Virus record (IMG/VR): IMGVR_UViG_3300044994_000135
Span: 1-59,008 of that record
Strand: one strand, 5' to 3'
Length of the DNA stretch: 59,008 nucleotides
From: a virus
Taxonomy: Duplodnaviria; Caudoviricetes
Numbering within the stretch: the stretch's first letter is position 1; each line of letters begins with the position of its first letter. Below the pieces are notes generated by a model that was not told where the DNA came from, did no database searches, and was given only the letters and a program-made list of their open reading frames with translations. The position numbers and the translations under genes are program-made. This document shows, piece after piece, positions 18,306 through 28,103 of the stretch.

Positions 18306-18563
18306 ATGTCGATAATCTCGAATCTCAGCAACCAGGTTGTTTTAATCAATCGTACGGCGAGGGCGATGAGAGCGGCGCTGAAGCGGTTAGCTGAGCCGGG
18401 AATATACCTAGGCTGGCTTAGAGGAGGAGAGGACTACGAAATCTATGCGGAGAAGGATGGCGAAGTGATCGCCATCTTCGACCTGCGCGACTGCTACAGG
18501 AAACGAAGGCCGCTGAAGGGCATCGGGAAAAAGTTGGCGAAGATGACGCGGACGGGGAAGTAG
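18306..18563 (+). CDS. Hypothetical protein
   Basis: GGAGGAG RBS; 85 aa. Confidence 0.55.
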   Translation: MSIISNLSNQVVLINRTARAMRAALKRLAEPGIYLGWLRGGEDYEIYAEKDGEVIAIFDLRDCYRKRRPLKGIGKKLAKMTRTGK

Positions 18564-18648
18564 GTAACGAGTATCTGAAAACTGTTGATCGACCCCGCAC
18601 AACTCCCCCCGGTTGACTACCCCCCGGCCTCGGGCGCAAGCTTGAGGA

Positions 18649-20082
18649 ATGAGAACAATCATTGTCCTTCTTGCCACTATCACCGCAGTCCACGCCCAGC
18701 CCGTCACCCCAATCCGGGTGAGCAGCCTGGCCGACAGCGGGCCGGGGTCGCTCAGGGCGTGCGTCGAAGCCTCCGGCGGGGCACGGGCGTGCGTGTTCGA
18801 GGTCTCCGGGCGCATCCGCCTGCAGTCGTCTCTCAGGCTGACGCGGCCCGAAACGCACATCCTCGGCCAGACCGCGCCGTCGCCGGGCGTGCTGCTCACT
18901 AATGCCGGAGTGGCCGTTGAGGCCGACGGCTGCTCGGTTGAGCACGTTGCGATCCGGCCAGGGGATGGGCCCAGCGCGCAGAAGCCCGGCGAAAGGGACG
19001 CGCTGAAGGTGCTCGCCGACGACGTGCGGGTGCGGGGCGTGTCGCTATCCTGGGCCACCGACGAGAACCTCTCCGTCTACGGCGAGCGCGTGACCGTCAC
19101 CGACAGTATTATCGCCGAGGGCCTCCACCGCTCGATTCACCCCGAGGGGCAGCACAGCATGGGGGCGCTCGTCGGCGAGCGGTCGCGGCGGGTGGTGTTT
19201 CAGCGGAATGTGCTCATGTCGAACAGGGACCGGCACGTGCGGTGGAAATCCAACACCTCCGGGGCGATGGTCAATAACGTCGTTTATAACTGGGGCGGCG
19301 GCACTTCTGGCTGGAACGTCAACAACGTCACTGCTGCGTCAACGGACCTGCCGATTTTGCAGGATTTTGTCGGTAACGTGTACCTGCCCGGGCCGGATAC
19401 GCTCTCGCGTAACGCGGGCGGCTTTTACGCCGACAAGGGCGTCACCGCGCTTGGCTCGTGGTTTTTTATCCGCGACAATTTGACCCCGACCAGGCCCACG
19501 GGGGCAGAGCCCGAGTGGGCGGTTGCGAACGTCGCGCAGAGCGTTCACGGGGTTCCGGTGCCGCTGTTCGAGGGCCACTACCCGTTGCCGCTAACCCCGG
19601 CGACCGAGGCTCTGAGCGCGGCAGTCAGGCACGCGGGCGCGAGGCCCTGGGACCGCTCACTGGTTGACCTGCGGTTGCTCGGCGAGCTTGTCGGTCGTGC
19701 CGGTCGGATCCCGGACTGCGTTGAGGTCTGTGCCTCGCCAGATTTGCGGCGGGTGCCCGAGGGCGGCTACCCGGCCGTGGCTGAGAACTTCCGGCCACTG
19801 GGGGCGCTGCCGGAGGTGTTCGCCGACGTGGCCGCGATGCGGCAGTGGGCGGCGGGGTTTGAGGGGGGCTTGACGGGGCCGGTGCCCACGCCCACCATTT
19901 TCCTGACGCCAGGAAATAGCCCGACGCCGACCAGGACGCCGACGCCTAGGTCAACGAAAACGCCGACGCCGACCAGGACGCCGACGCCTAGGTCAACGTG
20001 CACGCCGACACCGACCAGGACGCCGACGCCGACGCCGACGCCGACGCTGAGAATGTGCTGGCTGCCGTGTCCGCCGCCCTAG
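18649..20082 (+). CDS. Secreted pectate lyase-like (PL1-type beta-helix) protein with Pro/Thr-rich tail
   Basis: Signal peptide MRTIIVLLATITAVHA; LADSGPGSLR, VFEVSGRI, GQTAPSPG, SLSWATDE and NNVVYNWG; C-terminal PT repeats. Confidence 0.85.
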   Translation: MRTIIVLLATITAVHAQPVTPIRVSSLADSGPGSLRACVEASGGARACVFEVSGRIRLQSSLRLTRPETHILGQTAPSPGVLLTNAGVAVEADGCSVEHVAIRPGDGPSAQKPGERDALKVLADDVRVRGVSLSWATDENLSVYGERVTVTDSIIAEGLHRSIHPEGQHSMGALVGERSRRVVFQRNVLMSNRDRHVRWKSNTSGAMVNNVVYNWGGGTSGWNVNNVTAASTDLPILQDFVGNVYLPGPDTLSRNAGGFYADKGVTALGSWFFIRDNLTPTRPTGAEPEWAVANVAQSVHGVPVPLFEGHYPLPLTPATEALSAAVRHAGARPWDRSLVDLRLLGELVGRAGRIPDCVEVCASPDLRRVPEGGYPAVAENFRPLGALPEVFADVAAMRQWAAGFEGGLTGPVPTPTIFLTPGNSPTPTRTPTPRSTKTPTPTRTPTPRSTCTPTPTRTPTPTPTPTLRMCWLPCPPP

Positions 20083-20336
20083 GCCCTCGGCCCGGTCCGG
20101 TCAAAGAACCGCTCGTGGAGCCGCACAATTGCCGCCCCGCAGGTGGCGCCGCGAACGGAAACTAGCGAGGTGTCAGCGCCGGGTTCGGTGATAGACGCCA
20201 GCCACACGGCGCGGCCCCGGTGGCGGAATTTGTGGAGGGTGAGTTCGAGGTTTTCGCGCTCGGTTACAGCGTAGAGGACAAGCAGCTTGCCGACCGAATC
20301 GGTCGTTAGTTGCGGGAGTGTTGCGCGAGCAATCAT
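20079..20336 (-). CDS. Hypothetical protein
   Basis: 85 aa ORF on the opposite strand to its neighbours. Confidence 0.4.
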   Translation of the reverse strand: MIARATLPQLTTDSVGKLLVLYAVTERENLELTLHKFRHRGRAVWLASITEPGADTSLVSVRGATCGAAIVRLHERFFDRTGPRA

Positions 20337-20609
20337 GTGCTGCGATTATCACACGCGAGGTGCCGATCTGGATAGCGTTCCGCAAAAGTCGCCACTCGAG
20401 CTCGATACGCAGATAGCCGTGGCGGCGGTATTGGCCGCGTGTTACCGCACGCTCGCGCTCCAGCTCGCCGCCCTGGAGGGCCGGAAACACCGCGATGCTG
20501 CGGTCGAGGCTCGCGTAGCCGGCCAACTCACCGGGATCCAGCGCTGCGCCCGTTTGTTAGTTGACGATAAAACGGCGTTTCTGCGGTACGAAAACGCTAA
20601 GTCCTTGTA

Positions 20610-20690
20610 ATCACTAGTAAATAAAAGTTACGAAAATCATTGACATTATGTTAATAATAAGTGCATCATATCTGTATTGATGATGAGCGG
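20610..20690 (+). promoter_or_regulatory. Putative sigma70 promoter
   Basis: TTGACA at 20640 in an AT-rich gap ahead of a run of small ORFs; the -10 element is not clear. Confidence 0.45.
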
Positions 20691-20725
20691 TCGCGATGAT
20701 GCGGCCGCGAAACTGGAGGACAACG

Positions 20726-20974
20726 ATGGGCACCAAACAATACGTAGCAATCTCAACAGTAGATGGCGTGGCCTACGGGCTTGGCGAAACCCCAACCCAC
20801 GCCTGCGAGGACGCGCTCGCGAGTCTCGGTCTGACCGCTGAGAGCGCCGAGGCCGACCAGGTTTGGGAAACCCTGGAGGCACACCTCGCGTCCGCCGAGG
20901 TCGTCGCAAAACTCCGCTGGAGTTCACACGTGCAGCCGGTGATAGTCGACGGTGTGGCGGTGTTGGGAGCGTAG
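20726..20974 (+). CDS. Hypothetical protein
   Basis: GGAGG RBS before the ATG at 20726. Confidence 0.6.
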   Translation: MGTKQYVAISTVDGVAYGLGETPTHACEDALASLGLTAESAEADQVWETLEAHLASAEVVAKLRWSSHVQPVIVDGVAVLGA

Positions 20975-20983
20975 GAGGCGACG

Positions 20984-21256
20984 ATGAGCGATTCAAAAAC
21001 CTACTGGGTTACCGTGACCCGCACGATCGTTGCCGTTGACCACCGCGTGATCACGGCGGCGAGCGAGGCGGAGGCCCGGCGGATAGCCGCCGAGCGCTTT
21101 CTCGTCGTGCCGGAGTCGTGCGTGGTGCAAGAGGAACGTATCGACTGCCAGCCGCAGCCGACGGACCGCGAATTGTGGGAGGATATGCAAGCGTCCGAGG
21201 GCTGCGGGTACGCCGACGAGGTGAACGAGGCTGAGTTCAGCGAGGAGCGAGCATGA
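20984..21256 (+). CDS. Hypothetical protein
   Basis: AGGAGG RBS; ITAASEAEARRIA is a motif common in small phage proteins. Confidence 0.65.
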   Translation: MSDSKTYWVTVTRTIVAVDHRVITAASEAEARRIAAERFLVVPESCVVQEERIDCQPQPTDRELWEDMQASEGCGYADEVNEAEFSEERA

Positions 21257-21525
21257 GCGGATATCGGTGTACCGGGTGCAGTGGGCGGTTTCATTGCGGG
21301 GATATCGCCGGATACAACTCGCTGCGGATTGAGGGGGGATTGCGCGCGGAGTGCTGCGACGATTCTCTCTCGGCGGTCGTCCGCCGAGTCGTCCGGGAGC
21401 TTCCGGAGGGCGTAGTTACCGCGCTCGATTTTAACGGCGGAGTGGCCCACTGGCCGCCACAGCCGGGGGACGACCCGTGGTGGCTGGATTGGGCAAACGA
21501 AATCGTGGAGGAGCACAGAACGTGA
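21253..21525 (+). CDS. Hypothetical Cys-containing protein
   Basis: N-terminal CxxC; coupled to both neighbours. Confidence 0.55.
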   Translation: MSGYRCTGCSGRFHCGDIAGYNSLRIEGGLRAECCDDSLSAVVRRVVRELPEGVVTALDFNGGVAHWPPQPGDDPWWLDWANEIVEEHRT

Positions 21526-21860
21526 ACACGCAAACCGAAACCCCCCAGCCGAGCGGCGGCCCTACCTGCGGCAGGCCGCCGCGCCTTGCCAGTAACTGCC
21601 ACGCCGCCACCCCCGGCGCGATCGGGGTTCTGAGCCTCGCCGGACTCACGCCGGGGCAGTTATTAGACCGGCACTTTTCCGGGGACTGGGGCGATATTTC
21701 CGACGACGACCGGGCGGCAAACGACGCGGCGCTCGCGGGTGGCTCGCGTATTCTGTCGGCCTACCAGACCACGGCGGGGCGGGTCTGGTGCGTCACGGAT
21801 GCGGCCGGCGACGACGGGACGCGAGAACTGACAACGCTGTTGCTACCGGAGGAGTATTGA
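21522..21860 (+). CDS. Conserved plasmid/ICE-type hypothetical protein
   Basis: LLDRHFSGDWGD...ANDAAL...RILSAY...TTLLLPEEY, a signature I recognise from mobile elements. Confidence 0.75.
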   Translation: MNTQTETPQPSGGPTCGRPPRLASNCHAATPGAIGVLSLAGLTPGQLLDRHFSGDWGDISDDDRAANDAALAGGSRILSAYQTTAGRVWCVTDAAGDDGTRELTTLLLPEEY

Positions 21861-22546
21861 GCGCCGCCGAGGGGCTAATCCTGGAGTTCTGGCCGCACTT
21901 CGACACGTACCTCCGCGGCCTCTTCCGGCGCCAGCGCTACCCGGAGCACCTGCGCGACGATGCCCGGTCTCTGGCGATGCTCCGGCTCTGGCAATCGGCG
22001 CTGCGGTACGTGGCCAAAAGCCCCGAGACGACCCCCTGGCCGGTCTACGCCAAGGTGGCTATCAAATACGCCCTCCGCCGCACGCGCCGGCTGGCCCTGC
22101 GCGGCTGGGTGGTCCCGGACTCCGGCGCTGTGCTCGGGGCCTCCGGGGTCCCGTACCAACGCCAGCTGGGCATCCCCGAGTTCGTGACCAGCCACGACCC
22201 GCACCCGCACATTGACGCCCGTTTGGATGTTCGTCGCGCCGTGGCCGAGTTGCCGCCGAGGTACCGGCACGTCGTGAGCCGGTACCACTTCGACGGCTGG
22301 ACGTTCGCCGAAATCGCCGAGGAGCAGAACGGGGTTACCCGGCAGTGTACCCACCAGATGCTCCGCCGGGCCCACGGCTGGATGCGCGAGAGGGTACAAA
22401 AGGAGTGTTGCCACACGCCTGCACTGTCTCTGACGCAACGCGGCAGGCGTGCTAAACTGGACGCACGACACAGGCGCGTCAAGCCGGTGCAGCCGGGTGC
22501 ATCGAGAGGTGCCCGCCTGGTTGCGATGGCGAGCCGATCGGTGTGA
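21857..22546 (+). CDS. Sigma-70 family (ECF-like) sigma factor
   Basis: TTG start after GGAGGAG; region-2-like DDARSLAMLRLWQSALRY; region 4 LPPRYRHVV...GWTFAEIAE...VTRQ. Confidence 0.75.
   Translation: MSAAEGLILEFWPHFDTYLRGLFRRQRYPEHLRDDARSLAMLRLWQSALRYVAKSPETTPWPVYAKVAIKYALRRTRRLALRGWVVPDSGAVLGASGVPYQRQLGIPEFVTSHDPHPHIDARLDVRRAVAELPPRYRHVVSRYHFDGWTFAEIAEEQNGVTRQCTHQMLRRAHGWMRERVQKECCHTPALSLTQRGRRAKLDARHRRVKPVQPGASRGARLVAMASRSV
22430..22458 (+). promoter_or_regulatory. Putative sigma70 promoter for the structured region
   Basis: CTGACG, 17-bp spacer, TAAACT with extended -10 TG. Confidence 0.45.
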
Positions 22547-23160
22547 GAGGTACAGGCGACGCGGGTGCTGAGTGCGTGTTGCCCGTGGGCTACGGCGCGG
22601 GAGTATCGCGACGGAATACACGGCCCGGCGCGGCGGTCGGTGGGGTCATGCCCCCCATCGGTGAGCGAGCCCGACCCGGATAGGTTTCAGAGAGTCGATG
22701 CCGAGCAGCGAACGGTACGGGAGAGATGGCGGTAAGGCCCGATTTGCGCGTTACAAGCCTGAAATCTCGGCGGGGTATTCCCGCCGAGGATAGTGCCCGC
22801 GCGAGGGATCTCGCGGGATACTCCTCCGCCCCCGTGGTCGAGGAAGCCACTAGCGACGAGACTCTGATTCCGTTTGAAGCGCACTCAGTCAAAGCGGGAT
22901 CGTTTCGCGTGCGCGGTTTATCTGGATATACCGCAAGGTTTTTCATGTCGACGACGGCGGCGGCGCGGTTCTGGTCGGGCAACCGACCGGGCATGTTGCA
23001 CGCGGGCGAACGGAGGGGGCGAGTAGGGGACTCGGCGGGCAAGGCAGTCCGTATGGGCGAAAGCCCCCACCGGTTTTGATGCGGCCGATTCGCGGGTGCG
23101 CGCGCTACCGGAAAGGAGCAAATGCGTCGCACCCCGATCGAGCCCCTGGCAGGTGTCCCG
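22465..23160 (+). ncRNA. Candidate large structured non-coding RNA
   Basis: No credible ORF beyond the sigma tail. Hairpins at 22766-22788, ACC-GCAA-GGT (22930), GGTCGG-GCAA-CCGACC (22973), GGGC-GAAA-GCCC (23055) and GGGTGCG/CGCACCC (23094/23128). Confidence 0.5.
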
Positions 23161-23201
23161 GCGTTTCGAGAATATCGTCTAAATAATTCTCACTTTGGTC
23201 T

Positions 23202-23927
23202 ATGCAGGATTACCTCGTCAAGGACACCCACGCGCTCGTCCAGCAACTGGCGATGCGGCTGCTCAACCACGGGTACCACTTCTATTCCACCTCCTGGATC
23301 CCGGAGAGCAAGGACCCGCGCGCCGTCGACGTGAAGTTACTGCTCCGCTACGGCGGCTACCTGAGCAAGTTCGCCGTCCACCGGCGGCACAAGCAGCACG
23401 GTGCCGCGAAGGTGCGTTACTTGCGGTGCGGGCGGCTGGTGGTGCTGGTCGCCACCGCGGGGGGCTCCCCATTTTGGGACTGCGAGGGCAGGAACATCCG
23501 CGACGCCCGCGAGAGCCCGCTGCACGTCGCGGGCTACGCCCTCTCCCCCACGAGGGTGCGGCTCCACCGCGAGGTCTACAACCGCCTGGCGCGGCAGTAC
23601 CTCGACGGGTGGGCCGTCCGCCGGTCGGCGGCGTGGCTCGAAGAGAAGCTCCGCGCGCTGCCGTTCGACCCGGGGTACGCCGGGGTGCGGGCGCAGGTGG
23701 TGACCCTGGCCCGCGCGCTGAACGTCCGCCGCAAGGCCGCCCGCCTGCCCCCGGTCGCCATCGAGAACTGTTTCCGCACCAAGCGGCTCGCGCCACGCAA
23801 GGTCTACCTGCCGATCCCGGACGACGTGCGGCAGGCCGTTGAGCTATACGCGCCGACGCGCTACTCTCGGGATAGCTCCGACGAAACGGAAGCGAGCTCT
23901 GCTGGGAAGCAACTCGCCGAGGGATAG
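23202..23927 (+). CDS. Conserved hypothetical protein of mobile elements (Planctomycete-type from recall)
   Basis: LVQQLA...HGYHFY...IPESKDPRAVDVKLL...VRYLR; Arg-rich, probably DNA-binding. Confidence 0.7.
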   Translation: MQDYLVKDTHALVQQLAMRLLNHGYHFYSTSWIPESKDPRAVDVKLLLRYGGYLSKFAVHRRHKQHGAAKVRYLRCGRLVVLVATAGGSPFWDCEGRNIRDARESPLHVAGYALSPTRVRLHREVYNRLARQYLDGWAVRRSAAWLEEKLRALPFDPGYAGVRAQVVTLARALNVRRKAARLPPVAIENCFRTKRLAPRKVYLPIPDDVRQAVELYAPTRYSRDSSDETEASSAGKQLAEG

Positions 23928-24254
23928 TCGGGGCCGAGTGACGGTGAAGAGCTTTTAGACTTTGAGGAGTTTAAGGAGCCCGCACACTGCAAGGCCGGTC
24001 CTTCCGTGTGCGGGGGCTCACCTCACCAGAACTCTCCGGATGCCTCAAAAAATCCCTCTTGTGTAGTTTCGGTTGCTCTTTACATCCTCGTTGCGAGTAG
24101 AAGAAAAGTTTTTATCGTCGTCCCCGCCTTTCGCCCGTGCCGTGCCTCTCGGTGCGCGTCAGGGCCGAGGGGCGGATGACGCCTGAAAGGTTTTTACAAC
24201 CGGCAGATTGCCGCCCCTCGGTCCCCGTTACCCAACGCGCCGAGGAGGTGCAAA

Positions 24255-25040
24255 ATGTCGGAAGCGAAGTTGATCCTGCACAAGGGTGCGCGACAGGTGT
24301 CGCCGGACGAGCTGCGCGAGGTTCGGCCTCCGCAACCCGTCGGTCGGTGGCACCCGATCTCGCACCACCGCGTGCTGTCCGTCGTGACCCAGACGCTCAT
24401 TGAAGCGGGGTACGCGACGGAGAAGTCCCAGCTCGGGCTGTCCCCGGACGGCCACCGGTTCTTCGGCGTTCTGCGGCTGACGCACCAGATCGCTCACGGC
24501 GTGACGCTGGCCGTCGGGGTGCGAAACAGCAGCGACAAGACGTTCCCGCTGGGGTTCGTCGCCGGGTCCTCGGTTCTCGTTTGCGACAACTTGGCGTTCC
24601 GCTCGGAACTCCTCGTCCGCAAGAAGCACACCCGGTTCGGCGAGCAGCGGTTCGTGACGGCCATCGCCGGGGCGGTCGGGGCGCTGAAGTCGTTCCAGGA
24701 GGCGGAAGCCGAACGGATCGAGCGCTTCACCCGCGCGGAACTCACCGACGACCAAGCCGACGCGCTCATCCTCCGGGCGTACGAGCGCGGCATCATCGGG
24801 GCGCGCGACCTGCCGCGGCTCATCCGCGAGTGGCGCACCCCGGCGCACGCCGACTTCAAGCCGCGCACCGTGTGGTCCCTGTTCAACGCCTTCACCGAGG
24901 CGCTGAAGGAGCGCGTGACGGCGCGCCCGAGCGAGTACGCGCTCCAGACGATGCGGCTGAACGGCCTGATCGACGCGCACCTGCCCGCGCGGCCCGCCGT
25001 GCTGTCCCTCCCGGAGGCCCCGCCCACCGTGGCGGTGTGA
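24255..25040 (+). CDS. DUF932 domain protein
   Basis: WHPISH, GVRNSSDK, VLVCDNLAF, KKHTRF and TVWSLFNAFTE. Confidence 0.85.
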   Translation: MSEAKLILHKGARQVSPDELREVRPPQPVGRWHPISHHRVLSVVTQTLIEAGYATEKSQLGLSPDGHRFFGVLRLTHQIAHGVTLAVGVRNSSDKTFPLGFVAGSSVLVCDNLAFRSELLVRKKHTRFGEQRFVTAIAGAVGALKSFQEAEAERIERFTRAELTDDQADALILRAYERGIIGARDLPRLIREWRTPAHADFKPRTVWSLFNAFTEALKERVTARPSEYALQTMRLNGLIDAHLPARPAVLSLPEAPPTVAV

Positions 25041-25134
25041 TCTCCGGGGCGGCGTGATCTCCGGGGCGGCGTGATCTCCGGGGCGGCGTGATCTCCGGGG
25101 CGGCGTGATCTCCGGGGCGGCGTGATCTCCGGGG
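25037..25134. repeat. 17-bp tandem repeat, 5 full copies plus a partial
   Basis: GTGATCTCCGGGGCGGC starts at the DUF932 stop codon; no spacers. Confidence 0.95.
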
Positions 25135-25243
25135 GCGGGCACGGACGCCCGCCCCTCTCTTCGCCCAGGTTCTCTCACAACCCCCAACCCCCACGCGGAC
25201 ACCACCACATGTCCCATCCCCTCAGAAACGGAGTGCGTGCCAC

Positions 25244-25630
25244 ATGGCTGGTAAAAAACGCGGTGACGTCGGCCAACCGGCCGAAGCGGAAGCCCAAGGC
25301 CAGCAGGCCGCCCAGCAGCAAACCGGCGAACGCCGACCGCCCGCGCACGAGGTCCAGTTGGGCCGCGTGAAGGCCGTGGTCTGGGAAAACCACTCTGACG
25401 CCCACGGGCGGTGGTTCTCGATCACGTGCGGTCGCAGCTACAAGGACAACTCCGGGAACTGGCGCACCGCGCAGAGCTTCGGTCGGGATGACCTGCTGGT
25501 CCTCGCCGAGTGCCTGCGGCAGTGCTACCTGTGGGTCGCCGACGCCATGCTTGACGCCGGGAACGGCACAAACAGCAACGGCAACGGCGGCACGCGGGGG
25601 CAACAAGGCAGCGCGGACATTCCCTTCTGA
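25244..25630 (+). CDS. Small ssDNA-binding-like protein
   Basis: VKAVVWEN...RSYKD...GNWRTAQSFGRDDL and an SSB-like C-terminal DIPF tail. Confidence 0.7.
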   Translation: MAGKKRGDVGQPAEAEAQGQQAAQQQTGERRPPAHEVQLGRVKAVVWENHSDAHGRWFSITCGRSYKDNSGNWRTAQSFGRDDLLVLAECLRQCYLWVADAMLDAGNGTNSNGNGGTRGQQGSADIPF

Positions 25631-25653
25631 CGACTTCTGACGACTTCTGACGA
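25624..25653. repeat. 10-bp tandem repeat, 3 copies, over a stop codon
   Basis: CTTCTGACGA at 25624, 25634 and 25644. Confidence 0.85.
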
Positions 25654-26145
25654 CGATGCGAAGCGCGAGCAGCAGTGGAGCCGCTTTGCGGCGGGGAGGG
25701 GTTGCGTTTTCGGGTACCCAATCGGGTTTTCCGTTTTCACAACCCAAGGCGTCATCCGGACCCCTCCCTGTTGTCTCCGAGCAGTAAGTTTGTACAATGG
25801 GCGCGCCTAGGCGGCGCAAAGGGCCAGGATCAGATCTTTGTCAACTCACGTAACGCCAGCTGACGCGACTGGACACTTAGTTTTTGCGACACTCACTTTG
25901 GCCTTCTTTTGAATAAGATTCAAAGCTCTCAGCATCATTTGAAACTCAAAGACGCCATCAAATTTTTTTAAGTTATTTTCTAATTATAATTTGAATATGT
26001 AAGTATATTTCCTTATATTGTTCTCAAATCGCGCTACTCTCCAGTAACTCGAAAACGCGGAAGGTGCGCATTCCCCCAATAATCTCCTGCCGCCGAGGGA
26101 AGGCCCCGACAGCGGCCTTCAGACTTTCAAGTAGGACCACACCCC

Positions 26146-26924
<779 letters not shown>

Positions 26925-26928
<4 letters not shown>

Positions 26929-28097
26929 GCACCACCTTTACGGGCATCGACGGCGTGACCACCTACCGCGTGGACCTGGACGACCCGCCGTTGGTTCAGG
27001 GCGGCGAGAAGGCGATCCACCCGGTGAAGAACCATGCGGGCGAGGGCCTCTGCGCGGCGGTGTTCCACGCGCGCCCGGTGGACAAGCGGGTGGCGCTGAA
27101 ACTGGAGACGCTGCTCTGTCTGCGCCTCGACCCCCGGAAGTTCGTGGCCATCGAGGACCTGCTGATCGACTCGACCGACGGTCGGTGCCACGGGTACGTG
27201 ATGCACTGGCGACCGGACGCCATCCCGCTCTCGTTGTGCCGCCCGGAGACGCTGTGGGCGCGCGTGGAGCTCATGCGACAGGTGGCGGAGATCTTCGCCG
27301 CGTGCGACCGCATGGCCGCGCCGTCGGTGGTGATGACGGACCCGAAGGCCGACGGGTTCATCGAGCTCCCCGACGGCACCGTGCTGATGGTGGACGTGGA
27401 CAGCCTGGCGCTCTGCGGGACCGGCGTGCGAGACCCCGACGACCCGAGCGAGCTGATCGAGGTGCTGCCCGGCGGGCCGGGGACGGACGGCTACCGCAGC
27501 CCTGAGCGGCTGCTGTTCCCGGAGTCGACGCCGGTGCGCGGGGACGCCCACTTCGCGCTCGCCGTGATCATGTTCGAGCTGGTGGCGGGCTTTCACCCGT
27601 CGGCCATGGTCGGCGCTCCGTGCAAGCTGCGAACGCTCGACGAGCGGGTAGCCTCCGGGCTGTTCGTGCCGTTCCTAGACGACCCCGAAGCCGCCATGGG
27701 CGGGGGCAAGGTGCCGCGCTATGACCCGGCGTGGAAGGAGCTCCCGGCGGAGTTCCGGGAGTTCTTCAGGAACGCCCTCTTGTGCGCCCCGGGGGACCGG
27801 CCCACCGCCGAGAAGTGGTGCTCGTACCTGACCAACCTGCCCCGGCGGCACTGTCCGCCCCCGCCCCCGCCCCCGCCCCCGCCGCCGTCCCTCCCTCTGC
27901 CTGCGCCGCCACCAGTCGACACACCGCCGCACCCCCCGCGGGCGCGTGTCTGGCCCCCCGCGGCGCTGGCTCTCGCGGTCGCCTTGGCCGGCGCGCTCGC
28001 GGCCTGGTGGGTTTTGGTGCGTACGCCGGCGACCATCGAGCAGATCCCCGATCCCGTAGTGCCCGCTGTTTTCCCGGCTACCCCCCTCAAGGAGTAA
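26925..28097 (+). CDS. Ser/Thr protein kinase-like (YegI-type) membrane protein, possibly a pseudokinase
   Basis: QGGE, GYVM, MTDPKADG, VDVDS, GTDGYRSPE, DAHFALAVIMFEL...HP and RPTAEKW; poly-Pro linker and C-terminal TM helix; ATGA-coupled to the vWA gene. Confidence 0.78.
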
Positions 28098-28103
28098 CCC
28101 GCC

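Noticed and set aside
22972-22980. TGGTCGGGC as the displaced 3' end of tRNA-Pro (other att junction)
   Set aside because: Only 9 bp match, no T arm is adjacent, and the sequence is explained by a local GCAA hairpin.
22680-23070. Group I intron (R/S-like words TTCAGAGAG and AAGGCAGTCC)
   Set aside because: The spacing does not allow the P3/P7/P8 core and no interrupted gene is evident.
25037-25134. CRISPR array
   Set aside because: The units are head-to-tail with no unique spacers, and there is no cas operon. The Cas4-like gene is an ordinary phage DUF2800-type nuclease.
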